Source: Candidatus Binatia bacterium (GTDB lineage Bacteria; Desulfobacterota; Binatia; HRBIN30). Taken from it: a stretch of DNA of 64,000 nucleotides. How positions within the stretch are numbered: the stretch's first letter is position 1; each line of letters starts with the position of its first letter. The position numbers and the translations under genes are program-made. The notes under the pieces are model-generated. The model saw nothing but the letters and a program-made list of their open reading frames with translations. It was not told the DNA's origin and ran no database searches. Below are positions 18,512 to 28,312 of this stretch, piece after piece. Where the stretch lies: NCBI GenBank assembly GCA_038245295.1, contig JBBRSP010000007.1, positions 128,001 to 192,000 of the forward strand, read 5' to 3'.

Positions 18512-20101
18512 CTAGCGTCGGAGGCGGCGGCGTCCGCCGATCAGCAGGCCCGCGGCGCTGAGGGCGAGCGCAACCAGCGACATCGCCGGCGCATGCTGTT
18601 CCGGCCCTTGCAAGATGACTGGTTTACCGGGGAGGCAATCGTTGTTGCAGCCGTCGCGGTTGATCAGGTTACCATCGTCGCACTCTTCGGGAGCCGTCAC
18701 GACACCATCGCCGCAGATCGTGCAGGAGTTGGTGCACCCGTCGGTTGTCACGTGGTTACCGTCGTCGCACTGTTCCGGCGGGGTCAGGATGCCGTTACCA
18801 CAGGCCGTCCGCGTGCAGTTGTTGTCGCAACCGTCGCCGTTGACCTGGTTTCCGTCGTCACACTGCTCAGGGCTAGTGGCGACACCATTGCCGCAGCCGG
18901 TCGGCGTGCAATTCGTATCGCAACCGTCGCCGTTGATCAGGTTTCCGTCGTCGCATTGCTCGCCCGAGGTCAGAGCGCCGTTGCCGCAACGGGTCGTCTT
19001 GCAGTTGATGTCGCAACCGTCGCCGCTGGTGGTGTTGCCATCGTCGCACTCTTCACCGGCGCTGACGACACCGTTGCCGCACGCCGTCTGCGTACAATTG
19101 TTGTCGCAACCGTCACCGTTGAGCGTATTGCCGTCGTCACACTGCTCGCCGGTCGTGACAACGCCGTTTCCACAGCGGGTTGTCTTGCAGTTCGAGTCGC
19201 AGCCGTCGCCGCTGATCGTATTGCCATCATCACACTCTTCACCCGTGTTGAGGGCACCATTACCGCATCGTGGCAAGGTCGACGGGGCACTGGCGGCTTG
19301 CGCATCGGCCGTAACGACGCGACCGGTGGCGCCGAAACACGTCGCGTTCGCATCGTCGTCGACACCGAAGCCGGCGGCACCATTGGTAAAGCCCGACATG
19401 CTGAGGCTGTGATTGTAGATGAAGATGACCAACTCGCCCTTGTTCAGGGTGAAGCCGTCGCTCGGCGGCGGAGCGCAGACCGTGGTGTTGGTCGTCGGAG
19501 CGCTGGTACAGGCCGGTGGGTTACCCGAGTTCGGGAGGCCAAAGCCATACGTCGTAAACTGGCTCGAGCCGCCGCAAGCCGCCGTCGTGCCCGTGCGCAC
19601 GCAGGCTGCAGGGACATTTCCACCGGTGCTCGAAAGTGGAAAGGTGGTCTGCGGGTTCGGTGCGCCGACACAATCGGCGGCATCGCGACAGACGGTTACA
19701 CGGTTCGGTCCGGTACCGATCGTAAAACGACCGCCATGGCCAGGATCGAAATCAACCGTGAAACCACCCGGAGGGGCAAGAATCCCGGAACGGACGGTGG
19801 AGGCGTAGTCATGCAGCGTCTGATTGGCGATTGGGTTGACGCCGACCAGCGCCGAGATGGGCGTGCCCGATGAGACCGGCGGGCTCGTGCAGGCAAAGGC
19901 TCCGGTTGGTCCGCCGGCCACCGATGTGATGCGCAGGCGGTCAACGCCACCGAGGAGATTTGTATTGTCGACGGCCAAGACCTCATAGACGGTTCCGTCT
20001 TCGGCGCGCTGGGTGAGACCCATATTGATCTGAGCCGCGGCAGGCAGTGCGGCGACGACAAGCGAGCCGACCAGTATGCCAATCCTCGAAAACTTCTGCA
20101 T
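18512..20101 (-). CDS. Secreted protein with DUF4215 (Myxococcus Cys-rich) repeats and a C-terminal sorting signal
   Basis: Signal peptide ...LPAAA; seven CG(N/D)G..E(E/Q)CDDGN...DGC repeats; C-terminus APAMS + hydrophobic helix + RRRLRR; GGAGGGAG RBS. Confidence 0.88.
   Translation of the reverse strand: MQKFSRIGILVGSLVVAALPAAAQINMGLTQRAEDGTVYEVLAVDNTNLLGGVDRLRITSVAGGPTGAFACTSPPVSSGTPISALVGVNPIANQTLHDYASTVRSGILAPPGGFTVDFDPGHGGRFTIGTGPNRVTVCRDAADCVGAPNPQTTFPLSSTGGNVPAACVRTGTTAACGGSSQFTTYGFGLPNSGNPPACTSAPTTNTTVCAPPPSDGFTLNKGELVIFIYNHSLSMSGFTNGAAGFGVDDDANATCFGATGRVVTADAQAASAPSTLPRCGNGALNTGEECDDGNTISGDGCDSNCKTTRCGNGVVTTGEQCDDGNTLNGDGCDNNCTQTACGNGVVSAGEECDDGNTTSGDGCDINCKTTRCGNGALTSGEQCDDGNLINGDGCDTNCTPTGCGNGVATSPEQCDDGNQVNGDGCDNNCTRTACGNGILTPPEQCDDGNHVTTDGCTNSCTICGDGVVTAPEECDDGNLINRDGCNNDCLPGKPVILQGPEQHAPAMSLVALALSAAGLLIGGRRRLRR
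18635..19267 (-). repeat. Seven tandem ~93-bp coding repeats (DUF4215)
   Basis: ~31-aa units such as CGNGALNTGEECDDGNTISGDGCDSNCKTTR. Confidence 0.9.
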
Positions 20102-20297
20102 GAGCACTCCCTCCAACACCAAACAAAGCGCGAATCCACGTCACGCCCGGCCCCGATCATCCCGCGATGCCGCAACCGATAACAACTCGGTTTGCGTCTT
20201 GAGCCCGTCCCCTGCGCTATAATGAGCCCAACGGTCGCAAACCTACTCGGCCGAATAGTCCCGGCCCGATGGCGAGTCAATCAACAATCCCCACTGA

Positions 20298-20933
20298 TTA
20301 CGACGTTGGCGTCGCCCCTTCGGCCTTCGCCTCGGGCTTACGACCGATCACAACCACGTACGCTTGGTCGTCCGCCATGTCGAAACCGATCCAACCCGGG
20401 TTGTCCGCCTTCTTCGTTTTGTAGAATTCGCGGTAACCCGTGCCCGAGGTGACCGTCAGCCCGATGCCCTCTAACGCTTCGACGGCATTGCCGACAAAGT
20501 TCGGCGGCTGTTCATCGGCCGAGAAGACGAAGATGCCGGGTTTGATCGGGAAACGGACTGGGACGTTGCCGCGGATCTTCCAACCGGCTTCTTCGAACGC
20601 CGACTGGAGCTGCTTCTGGAACGCTGCGGCTTCAGGGTTGTTCGGCGCTGTCGCAAACCAGACCGGGTTGGAAAGGCTGGAGTTCGGCCCGCCCAGTTTT
20701 TCGATCAGCGTCTTCCGCTGGTCTGCCGTGAGCACACGCGGGTCGACGACCGGTGCGGCTGGGGCGGCCGCCGCGGCCGCCGCGGCGGGCTTCGCCACGG
20801 TCGGCGAGGCCGCTGGCACTGGCGCCGGGCGCTGCTGCAATAGGCTGATCTGATTCTGTTGGTATACGATGTATCCGATCAGGCCGATCACGAGGACCGC
20901 GGCTACGGCAAAAAGGCTCTGCTTCTCATTCAT
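20298..20933 (-). CDS. Hypothetical membrane-anchored exported protein
   Basis: N-terminal TM helix (SLFAVAAVLVIGLIGYIVY), Ala/Pro linker, then a globular domain; coding-like codon usage. Confidence 0.7.
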   Translation of the reverse strand: MNEKQSLFAVAAVLVIGLIGYIVYQQNQISLLQQRPAPVPAASPTVAKPAAAAAAAAPAAPVVDPRVLTADQRKTLIEKLGGPNSSLSNPVWFATAPNNPEAAAFQKQLQSAFEEAGWKIRGNVPVRFPIKPGIFVFSADEQPPNFVGNAVEALEGIGLTVTSGTGYREFYKTKKADNPGWIGFDMADDQAYVVVIGRKPEAKAEGATPTS

Positions 20934-21076
20934 GGGGGTGTCTATTGGCGCAGCCGCGCGCACAAGTCTACGGGGCGCGTTCACAGACCGCGCTCGCGGG
21001 ATCATCTTCGGTACCCTCGTTGAACCGACTGCCGAAATGCGGCAAGGATCGCACCCGTCGCGCGCGAGGAGGCTCC

Positions 21077-22261
21077 ATGGATCTTGCCTATACTGCAGAA
21101 CAACAAGCATTCAGCCGTAAAGTGCGCGGCTGGATCAAGGACAACATCCCGAAAAAAGAGAAGGGGGCGGCGCCTCTCGAGGCAACCGACCCGCGACGTA
21201 TCCAAGCGATGAAGGATTGGCAGGCCAAGCTCTTCAAAGCCGGCTACGTCGCCATGGGTTGGCCGAAGGAGTATGGCGGTCGCGCCGCGGATATCGTCGA
21301 GCAAACGATCCTCAACGAAGAGCTGCTGACAGGGCGCGCCCCTGGACTCATCGGCATGATGGGTATCCAGATGGTCGGGCCAACCCTCATTCAACACGGC
21401 AGCGAGGAGCAGAAACGGCGCTTCCTGCCAAAGATCCTGTCGGCCGAAGAGATTTGGTGCCAGGGCTACTCCGAGCCGGGCTCCGGTTCCGACCTCGCAT
21501 CGCTGAAAACCCGCGCCGAGCTGGTCGGTGATGAGTTCATCGTCAACGGCCAAAAGGTCTGGACATCCAACGCTCAATACGCCGACTGGATGTTCTGCCT
21601 GGTGCGCACCGACGCCAATGCCCCGAAACACAAAGGCATCTCGTACCTGCTGATCGACATGAAGAGCCCGGGTGTCACCGTGCGCCCACTCGTGCAGATG
21701 ACCGGTGATGCCGGCTTCAACGAAGTATTCTTCGAAGACGTGCGGGTGCCGCGCAAGAACCTCGTCGGCGAACTGAACCAGGGCTGGGTCGTTGCCAACT
21801 CGACGTTGGCGCACGAACGTAACATGCTCGGCTCGACGATTCGTACGCAACAGATGCTGCAAGGCCTCATCCGCCTGGCGCAACACCGCGAACGCTACGG
21901 CCGCCCGGCCTCGAAGGACCCTGTGTTGCGCCAGAAGCTCAGCGACCTGACGATCCGCGTCGAAGCCATGAAATATCACGCCTTCCGTCAGCTGACCGAT
22001 GGCATCAAGAAGCGCTCCGCAGGGATCTATGCGTCGGTCAACAAACTCGTGTCGACCGAGCTCAATCACGACATCGCCGGAATGGCATTGGAGATCATGG
22101 GGTCGCACGGCATGCTGGCGCGCAACTCGAAGCGCGTCATCGACAACGGCACCTGGCCGATCGAATTCATGTTCACCCTCGGCTTGATCATTGGCGGCGG
22201 CACATCGCAGATCCAGAAGAACATCATCAGCGAGCGCGGCCTCGGCATGCCGCGCGAGTAA
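21077..22261 (+). CDS. Acyl-CoA dehydrogenase (catalytic-type subunit)
   Basis: WCQGYSEPGSGSDLASL, NGQKVWTS, FNEVFFEDV, LAHER, IGGGTSQIQKNIISERGLG; GAGGAGG RBS. Confidence 0.93.
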   Translation: MDLAYTAEQQAFSRKVRGWIKDNIPKKEKGAAPLEATDPRRIQAMKDWQAKLFKAGYVAMGWPKEYGGRAADIVEQTILNEELLTGRAPGLIGMMGIQMVGPTLIQHGSEEQKRRFLPKILSAEEIWCQGYSEPGSGSDLASLKTRAELVGDEFIVNGQKVWTSNAQYADWMFCLVRTDANAPKHKGISYLLIDMKSPGVTVRPLVQMTGDAGFNEVFFEDVRVPRKNLVGELNQGWVVANSTLAHERNMLGSTIRTQQMLQGLIRLAQHRERYGRPASKDPVLRQKLSDLTIRVEAMKYHAFRQLTDGIKKRSAGIYASVNKLVSTELNHDIAGMALEIMGSHGMLARNSKRVIDNGTWPIEFMFTLGLIIGGGTSQIQKNIISERGLGMPRE

Positions 22262-22300
22262 GACGCCACCGGTTCGCAGGGGAAGCAGAGGATTTGGGGA

Positions 22301-23431
22301 ATGGATTTCGGACTTTCAGAAGAGCAAGAATTGCTGCAACGCTCGGCGCGCGACTTTCTGGCGCAAGAGTGTCCAACCGCCTTTGTACGTGAGTCGGCCA
22401 AGACCAGCGACGGCTTCTCGCGCGCCTTCCACGACAAGCTCGCCGTGATGGGCTGGACCGGCCTGGTCATCCCGGAAGCGTTCGGCGGACTCGGCTTGGG
22501 CATGCTCGATCTCGCGGTCCTCAGCGAAGAGATGGGTCGCACCGTCACGCCGGGTGCGTTTTTCTCCTCGACCCTGGCGGCGATCACACTGACGCAGAGC
22601 AAGGCCTCGGCCCTGAAGAAGGCCTGGCTGCCGAAGCTTGCCGATGGACTCGTCGTCGGCAGCCTGGCGTTCCTCGAGGAGAGCGAACGCCTCGATGCCG
22701 ACGGTATCACCCTCAAGTGTCAGAAGACGCGGCAGGGCTACCGTTTGTCGGGCACGAAACTGTTCGTCCAGGACGCCGAGGTTGCCGAATTTTTCATTGT
22801 CGCGGCGCGCACGAACGGTCGAGGCGAGGCCGGCCTCATCGTCTTGTTGGTGCCGCGCGATACACCGGGTATCAAGATCGAGCCGCTGCTCAATCTCGAC
22901 CTGACCCGCAAGACCTATGAAGTCACCTTCGACGCCGTCACCGTCCAAGCCGGCAATCTCGTCGCCGATGAGGGTAAGGCCTGGAAGCTGCTCAGTCGTG
23001 TCCTCGATGCGGCCGCCGTCATCCTCGCCGCCGACGGTCTCGGCGGCGCCCAGCGCGCTCTCGAGCTCAGTGTCGAGTATTCGAAAGTCCGACAACAATT
23101 CGGTCGGCCGATCGGCTCGTTTCAGGCGGTCAAACACATCGCCGCCGAAATGGCGAGCGAGATCGAGCCGGCGCGCTCGCTGGTCTGGTATGCCGCCTAC
23201 GCCTATGACGCCGAGCCGCGGCACGCGGCTCGTGCCGCGGCGATGGCCAAAGCGAGAATGAGCGACGTCTACTCGCGCACCGCCAATCGTGCCGTGCAAA
23301 TCCACGGCGGCATTGGCTTCACCTGGGAACACGACATGCACCTGTGGTTCAAACGCGCCAAGTGGAATGAGCTGGCATTCGGCGATGCTAGCTATCACAG
23401 AGAACGGCTAGCGGTGCTTGACGGTCTCTGA
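22301..23431 (+). CDS. Acyl-CoA dehydrogenase (partner subunit)
   Basis: MDFGLSEEQ, LSGTKLFV, RQQFGRPIGSFQAVKH, QIHGGIGFTWEHD. Confidence 0.92.
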   Translation: MDFGLSEEQELLQRSARDFLAQECPTAFVRESAKTSDGFSRAFHDKLAVMGWTGLVIPEAFGGLGLGMLDLAVLSEEMGRTVTPGAFFSSTLAAITLTQSKASALKKAWLPKLADGLVVGSLAFLEESERLDADGITLKCQKTRQGYRLSGTKLFVQDAEVAEFFIVAARTNGRGEAGLIVLLVPRDTPGIKIEPLLNLDLTRKTYEVTFDAVTVQAGNLVADEGKAWKLLSRVLDAAAVILAADGLGGAQRALELSVEYSKVRQQFGRPIGSFQAVKHIAAEMASEIEPARSLVWYAAYAYDAEPRHAARAAAMAKARMSDVYSRTANRAVQIHGGIGFTWEHDMHLWFKRAKWNELAFGDASYHRERLAVLDGL

Positions 23432-23500
23432 GGCGCCGCGGAGCGGCGCGCTCCGCCTGCGTTGGAGGGCGCCACTCCGTGGCACCCTTTGTGGTGACCA

Positions 23501-24790
23501 ATGCTGATCCGCGACCCCATACACGGCGACCTGAGCCTCAACGCGATCGAGCAGCAGGTGCTCGACACACCGGTCGTGCAGCGCATGCGCGGCATCAAAC
23601 AGCTCGGCACGGCGAGCTACGTATACCCCGGCGCCCTGCACACGCGCTTCGATCATTCACTCGGCGTCAATGCTGTGGCCAAGCGGATCATCGGCCATCT
23701 GCGCGAGTCGGGTGTAGCCATCGACCTCGAGCTCGAGACCGTCATCGGCGTCGCGGCGCTGCTCCACGACGTGACCCACGTCCCGTTTGGCCACACCCTC
23801 GAAGATGAACGGCGACTGTTCCAACGCCACGACAAGGGCGATCGGCTGACTCGGCTGCTCGAGGGGCCGTTGGGAGAGACGTTATCCCAACTCGACATCA
23901 AACAGCCTGTCGCCGCGATGTTCGCAACAGCCCCAGAAGCAAACACGGCGATCCCGCAATGGGCCCGCGAGATCGTCTCGAGTACGATCGACGCCGACTT
24001 GCTCGACTACCTGCGGCGCGATTCCTATTTTGCCGGCCTGGCGCAGCGCTACGACGATCGCATCTTGCGTGCCTTTTGCGTCGACACCGGGCATCTGGCG
24101 ATCAACATGAGCAAACACGGCATGGAGCGCCAGGATGCGCGCTCGGAGACTGTGCAGTTGCTGCGGATGCGCTACTTCCTCACCGAGCGCGTCTACTACC
24201 ATCACACGAAAGTCACCGCGGGGGCCATGGTGTCCAAGGCCGTCGAGTTGGCGCACGAGCACGAGCGTCTCGGCGAGGACGAGCTCATGGTGTTGAACGA
24301 CGGGCAGCTCTTCGAGGCATTGCGACGCATCGCCGAGGCGCCGCAACCCGACCGGCGCATCGGCCGATTGCTCGAGCGACTCGAACGACGACAGCTCCTC
24401 AAGCGCGGTTACGTCCTATCGGCGCTCACCGTCGAGGAGAATGCGCGGCGCGCCCTGGTCGAGCGTTTTCATCATTCGGCTACCAATCGACGCGCGGCGG
24501 AGGAACACCTTGCGCGGCGGCTCGGCTGCGACGCATCGGAAGTCATCGTCTACTGCCCTGCCCTGACCGTCATGAAAGAAGCCGCCGCTCTCGTGCGCGG
24601 GGCGCGCGGCCTGATGGCACTGAATCAGACCAGTGCCGGCGCCACCAGCGAAATCGCCGCTCTGCAGTCGCGTTACGCCGAGCTGTGGCGTTTCTACGTC
24701 TTCGTGCCTGGCGAGTTTGCCGACAGCTCAGCGCCGATCGCCAAGGAGATTTTCGGCTACCCCAGTGAACACCACGTGACCACAGCTTGA
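23501..24790 (+). CDS. HD-domain phosphohydrolase, SAMHD1/YwfO-like
   Basis: IRDPIHG, QRMRGIKQLG..YPGALHTRFDHSLG, LLHDVTHVPFGH, DADLLDYLRRD, RVYYHH. Confidence 0.88.
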   Translation: MLIRDPIHGDLSLNAIEQQVLDTPVVQRMRGIKQLGTASYVYPGALHTRFDHSLGVNAVAKRIIGHLRESGVAIDLELETVIGVAALLHDVTHVPFGHTLEDERRLFQRHDKGDRLTRLLEGPLGETLSQLDIKQPVAAMFATAPEANTAIPQWAREIVSSTIDADLLDYLRRDSYFAGLAQRYDDRILRAFCVDTGHLAINMSKHGMERQDARSETVQLLRMRYFLTERVYYHHTKVTAGAMVSKAVELAHEHERLGEDELMVLNDGQLFEALRRIAEAPQPDRRIGRLLERLERRQLLKRGYVLSALTVEENARRALVERFHHSATNRRAAEEHLARRLGCDASEVIVYCPALTVMKEAAALVRGARGLMALNQTSAGATSEIAALQSRYAELWRFYVFVPGEFADSSAPIAKEIFGYPSEHHVTTA

Positions 24791-24866
24791 TTGGCCGCCG
24801 ATCGTCGAAAGCTGACGTTGAACCGTTGTCTTGACTCGGCGACGGCATCAGACAACGATCCGCGCC

Positions 24867-27800
24867 ATGCACTGCCCTCAATGCGGAACCCAAGTGCTGG
24901 AAGGCAAATCCTTCTGCCACGCCTGCGGCACCCGCCTCGGCGAGCAATGCAAAAGCTGCGGGGCGACGGTCGAGCCTGGATTCAAGTTCTGCCCCGACTG
25001 CGGCCAACCCCTGCAAGCCGCCAATGGCGCGCAGCCGCCGTCACCGCTCGCCAAACCGGCGGCCGCGGCGCCCCCGGTGGCCCCGCCCAGCGTTGATATC
25101 CCGGAAGCGTTGGCCCAGAAAATTCGCGCCTCACGAGACGCGATCGAAGGTGAGCGTAAGCTGGTGACGGTCTTGTTCTGCGACCTCGCCGGCTCGACGG
25201 CGATGGCGGAGAAACTCGATCCGGAAGAATACCACGACCTGCTGGACGAGTATCTGGAGATCGCCTTCCGCGAGATCTACCGCCTCGAGGGAATCGTCAA
25301 CCAGATCGCCGGCGATGGATTCATGGCTTTGTTCGGAGCCCCCATCGCGCACGAAGATGCGCCGCAACGCGCCGTGCGCGCCGCCATCGAGATTCATCAC
25401 AACCTCTTCGAGCTGGACGGGCGACTGCAGCGTACGCGCGGGCTGGCCCTGAACGCTCGCGTCGGCATCAATACCGGCCCCGTCGTGGTTGGCAGTGTCG
25501 GCAGCGACTTGCGCATGGATTACAGCGCCATTGGCGACACGACCAATCTGGCGGCGCGCCTCGAATCGTTGGCGCAGCCCGGCTCGATCCTCGTCAGCGA
25601 GTCGACGCACCGGCTGCTGCGCGGATCATTCATCACCGAGTCGGTCGGCCCGCTGACTGTCAAAGGCAAGAGCGAAGCGGTGTCGGCGTTCAGGATCATC
25701 GGCGAGCGCGTCGTATCGCCCGGCACCGCCGACCTGGCGCATTCGGCCGACGGCGGCCTGACACCGTTCGTCGGCCGCGACGCCGAGATCCAGCAGATGC
25801 TCAGCTGCTTCGATCGCGTCAGCGAAGGCCTGCCTCAATTGGTCACCATCGTATCCGAAGCCGGGCTGGGGAAGTCGCGCCTCGTCTACGAGTTCAAGGA
25901 GCTTTTGCAGGACAAACGGGTCGTCTGGTTCGAAACACGCTGCTCGGCCTGGAATCAGATGGCGCCTTATTACCCGTGGGTGACCATGCTGCGCCGCTTT
26001 TTCGACGTCGGCGCCGAGGATCCGCCCGAGCTCGTGCGGGCAACGATCGCCAAGCGCATCAAGGCCTGGGATCCAAATCTGTCCAACGCCTATCCTTGGC
26101 TCTGTCGCCTCCTGGCTGTTTGGGATGGCTCCGATTCGACACCGACCGAGGAAGGCAAGCTGCGTAGTTTCGAAGCGATCACGCAGTTGGTGTTCTCCGA
26201 AGGCGACATGACGAGCCCGGTCGTGATGGTGATCGAAGACCTGCACTGGATGGATGAAGCGTCGCTCGAAATGATCAACGAGGCGACATCGCGCATGGGC
26301 TCCGGACCGATCATGATGGTGCTGACGCACCGACCAGACTTCCATCATCCCTGGAGGACACACGCCGCGTTTACGCAAATGCGTTTGCGACGCCTGAGCG
26401 ACGCGCACGTCGCGGAATTGCTGAACGGGTTGACGGGTGGGCTGCCGGGTGATCTCGAAGCGCGCATCCGCGAGAAGGCCGAGGGCAGCCCCTTCCTCAT
26501 CGAGGAAATCACGCGCTCGCTGATTGAGGACGGCACCCTGTCGTGTGATGGTGATCGCTGTCATCTGACGCGGCCCGTCGAAGAAATCCGTCTGCCCGGA
26601 ACCGTGCAAGAAGTCATCGCAGCTCGGCTCGATCGCCTGGAGAACAATGCCAAGCGGGTGCTGCAGGTCGCCGCCGTGCTCGGACGGCAATTCTCGCGCT
26701 CCCATCTGAAACGCTTATTCGAGGACGAATTCGTAGACGTCGACGCCGAGTTGGCCGACCTGGAGCGCCGCGGCATCGTGCATCGCCGCAACTTGTTCTC
26801 GCAGGACGAGTTCCGCTTCGGCGAGAGCCTGACCCAAGAGGTCGCCTACGAAGGGTTGCTGCTGAAGCAGCGACGACAATTGCACGAGCGGATCGGGCGC
26901 CTGCTGGAGTCGGCTGCGGGCGCCGCCGACGCCGAACGCACCGCGTTGATCACGCATCACTTCGGCCGTAGCGACAACCTGAGCAAATCCATTCACGCCA
27001 TGTTGCATTCGGCGCGCGAGGCCGAAACGGTGCCTGCCTATGCGACCGCCGCAAAACTCTACCGCGATGCGTGGGACAGCGCGTTGCTCGCCATGGAGCG
27101 CGGCGAGAAGGGTGAGTTTCGCGATCTGGCGCTTCAGGCCGTCAACGGCGTCGGGCGCATGGCCGTGATCTACAATGTTCCCGATCCCGGCGACAATAAA
27201 GCGGTGGTCGCACGCGCCGCCGAGCTCGCCGAAGAAGCCGGCAGCGTCGGCATGCTGGCGAGCATTCGCACCTTCCAGGGAATGATGATGATGCGCGGCG
27301 ACGCCGTTGCCTTTGCGCGCGGGCTGGCGCTCGCCGAGGACGGCTTGGCAATCGCGCAGAAGGCGGGCCTGCGCGACGTGGCGGCGTTCCAGGCCCGCGG
27401 GGTTGCCTGGGCCTACACCCTCGATGCGCGCTTCGATATCGCCTTGCGCATGATTGATTGGGCGCTCGCCGAGATGGAGGAAAAGGGTCCGGCGGCGCGC
27501 GCCACGGACATCTATTGCTCAGCCCGCTGGATGCGCGAACGCATTTGCTTTTATGCCGACAATTTCGAATCCCCCATCGCGGCGTTCCCCAGTTGCTACG
27601 CGCTCGCCGAATCGATCGGCAACCGTACGATCCGCAGCGCCTCGTCGTCGGCGATGTCCCATCTCTGCTTGATTCAGGGCAAGTACGAAGAAGCCTTGGT
27701 ACACGCAGAACGTAGCCTGGAGATTGCCTTGGCATTAGGCCACGCCGTCAGCGCCGCCACGCCGGCGGCGGTTTCGATCATCGCCTCGCGCGAGATCGGC

Positions 27801-28292
27801 CGGCAGATTTCGACGCAACGGATGGTGGCGATCATGGAGAAATCGCAGGTGTCGGGTGCCGATGTCGCCCTCAATTCACCGATCTGTGTCGAGGCACTGC
27901 TGGCCGTTGGCCTCATCGCCCAGGCCGAAGAGTGGGCGACGATGTCGGAGGTCTCAGGAGGAGGTGCGCTGCAACGCATGCACACGGCCCTGGCCGTCGC
28001 TGAAGTGGCCTGCGCCGGTGGCCGTGATGGTCTCAGCGAAGCCCACCGCGCCTTCGAGCGCGCCATCGAGCTGGCCGAAGCGGCCAACGTGCGCAGCGTC
28101 ATAGCGCAAGCGCGCCTGGGGCTTGCCAACATTGCCTTCCAGAGTGGCAATACACGCGGTGGCATCGATCAACGCAACCGCGCCGTTGCTATCGCCCGCG
28201 AACTCGGCCTCGAGCATCTCGTGCGTCGCGCTGCCCGGCTCGACGCCGAACGGCTCGAAGGCGAACCGGCGGCCAATGACCTGGCCATCTAA
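24867..28292 (+). CDS. Double zinc-ribbon / class III adenylate-guanylate cyclase / STAND ATPase / helical-repeat protein
   Basis: Four CxxC pairs; LFCDLAGST, GDG, GDTTNLAARLE; Walker A EAGLGKS; Walker B VIEDLHW. Confidence 0.9.
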   Translation: MHCPQCGTQVLEGKSFCHACGTRLGEQCKSCGATVEPGFKFCPDCGQPLQAANGAQPPSPLAKPAAAAPPVAPPSVDIPEALAQKIRASRDAIEGERKLVTVLFCDLAGSTAMAEKLDPEEYHDLLDEYLEIAFREIYRLEGIVNQIAGDGFMALFGAPIAHEDAPQRAVRAAIEIHHNLFELDGRLQRTRGLALNARVGINTGPVVVGSVGSDLRMDYSAIGDTTNLAARLESLAQPGSILVSESTHRLLRGSFITESVGPLTVKGKSEAVSAFRIIGERVVSPGTADLAHSADGGLTPFVGRDAEIQQMLSCFDRVSEGLPQLVTIVSEAGLGKSRLVYEFKELLQDKRVVWFETRCSAWNQMAPYYPWVTMLRRFFDVGAEDPPELVRATIAKRIKAWDPNLSNAYPWLCRLLAVWDGSDSTPTEEGKLRSFEAITQLVFSEGDMTSPVVMVIEDLHWMDEASLEMINEATSRMGSGPIMMVLTHRPDFHHPWRTHAAFTQMRLRRLSDAHVAELLNGLTGGLPGDLEARIREKAEGSPFLIEEITRSLIEDGTLSCDGDRCHLTRPVEEIRLPGTVQEVIAARLDRLENNAKRVLQVAAVLGRQFSRSHLKRLFEDEFVDVDAELADLERRGIVHRRNLFSQDEFRFGESLTQEVAYEGLLLKQRRQLHERIGRLLESAAGAADAERTALITHHFGRSDNLSKSIHAMLHSAREAETVPAYATAAKLYRDAWDSALLAMERGEKGEFRDLALQAVNGVGRMAVIYNVPDPGDNKAVVARAAELAEEAGSVGMLASIRTFQGMMMMRGDAVAFARGLALAEDGLAIAQKAGLRDVAAFQARGVAWAYTLDARFDIALRMIDWALAEMEEKGPAARATDIYCSARWMRERICFYADNFESPIAAFPSCYALAESIGNRTIRSASSSAMSHLCLIQGKYEEALVHAERSLEIALALGHAVSAATPAAVSIIASREIGRQISTQRMVAIMEKSQVSGADVALNSPICVEALLAVGLIAQAEEWATMSEVSGGGALQRMHTALAVAEVACAGGRDGLSEAHRAFERAIELAEAANVRSVIAQARLGLANIAFQSGNTRGGIDQRNRAVAIARELGLEHLVRRAARLDAERLEGEPAANDLAI

Positions 28293-28312
28293 GTAGGCCA
28301 TCCGGCCCGTGG

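Noticed and set aside
18635..19267. Periodic repeats as a CRISPR-like or noncoding array
   Set aside because: They are in-frame degenerate coding repeats of the DUF4215 protein.
20102..20297. c-di-GMP riboswitch in the leader of the DUF4215 gene
   Set aside because: A GGTTTGCG...CGCAAACC stem exists, but the GEMM consensus arrangement is not met.
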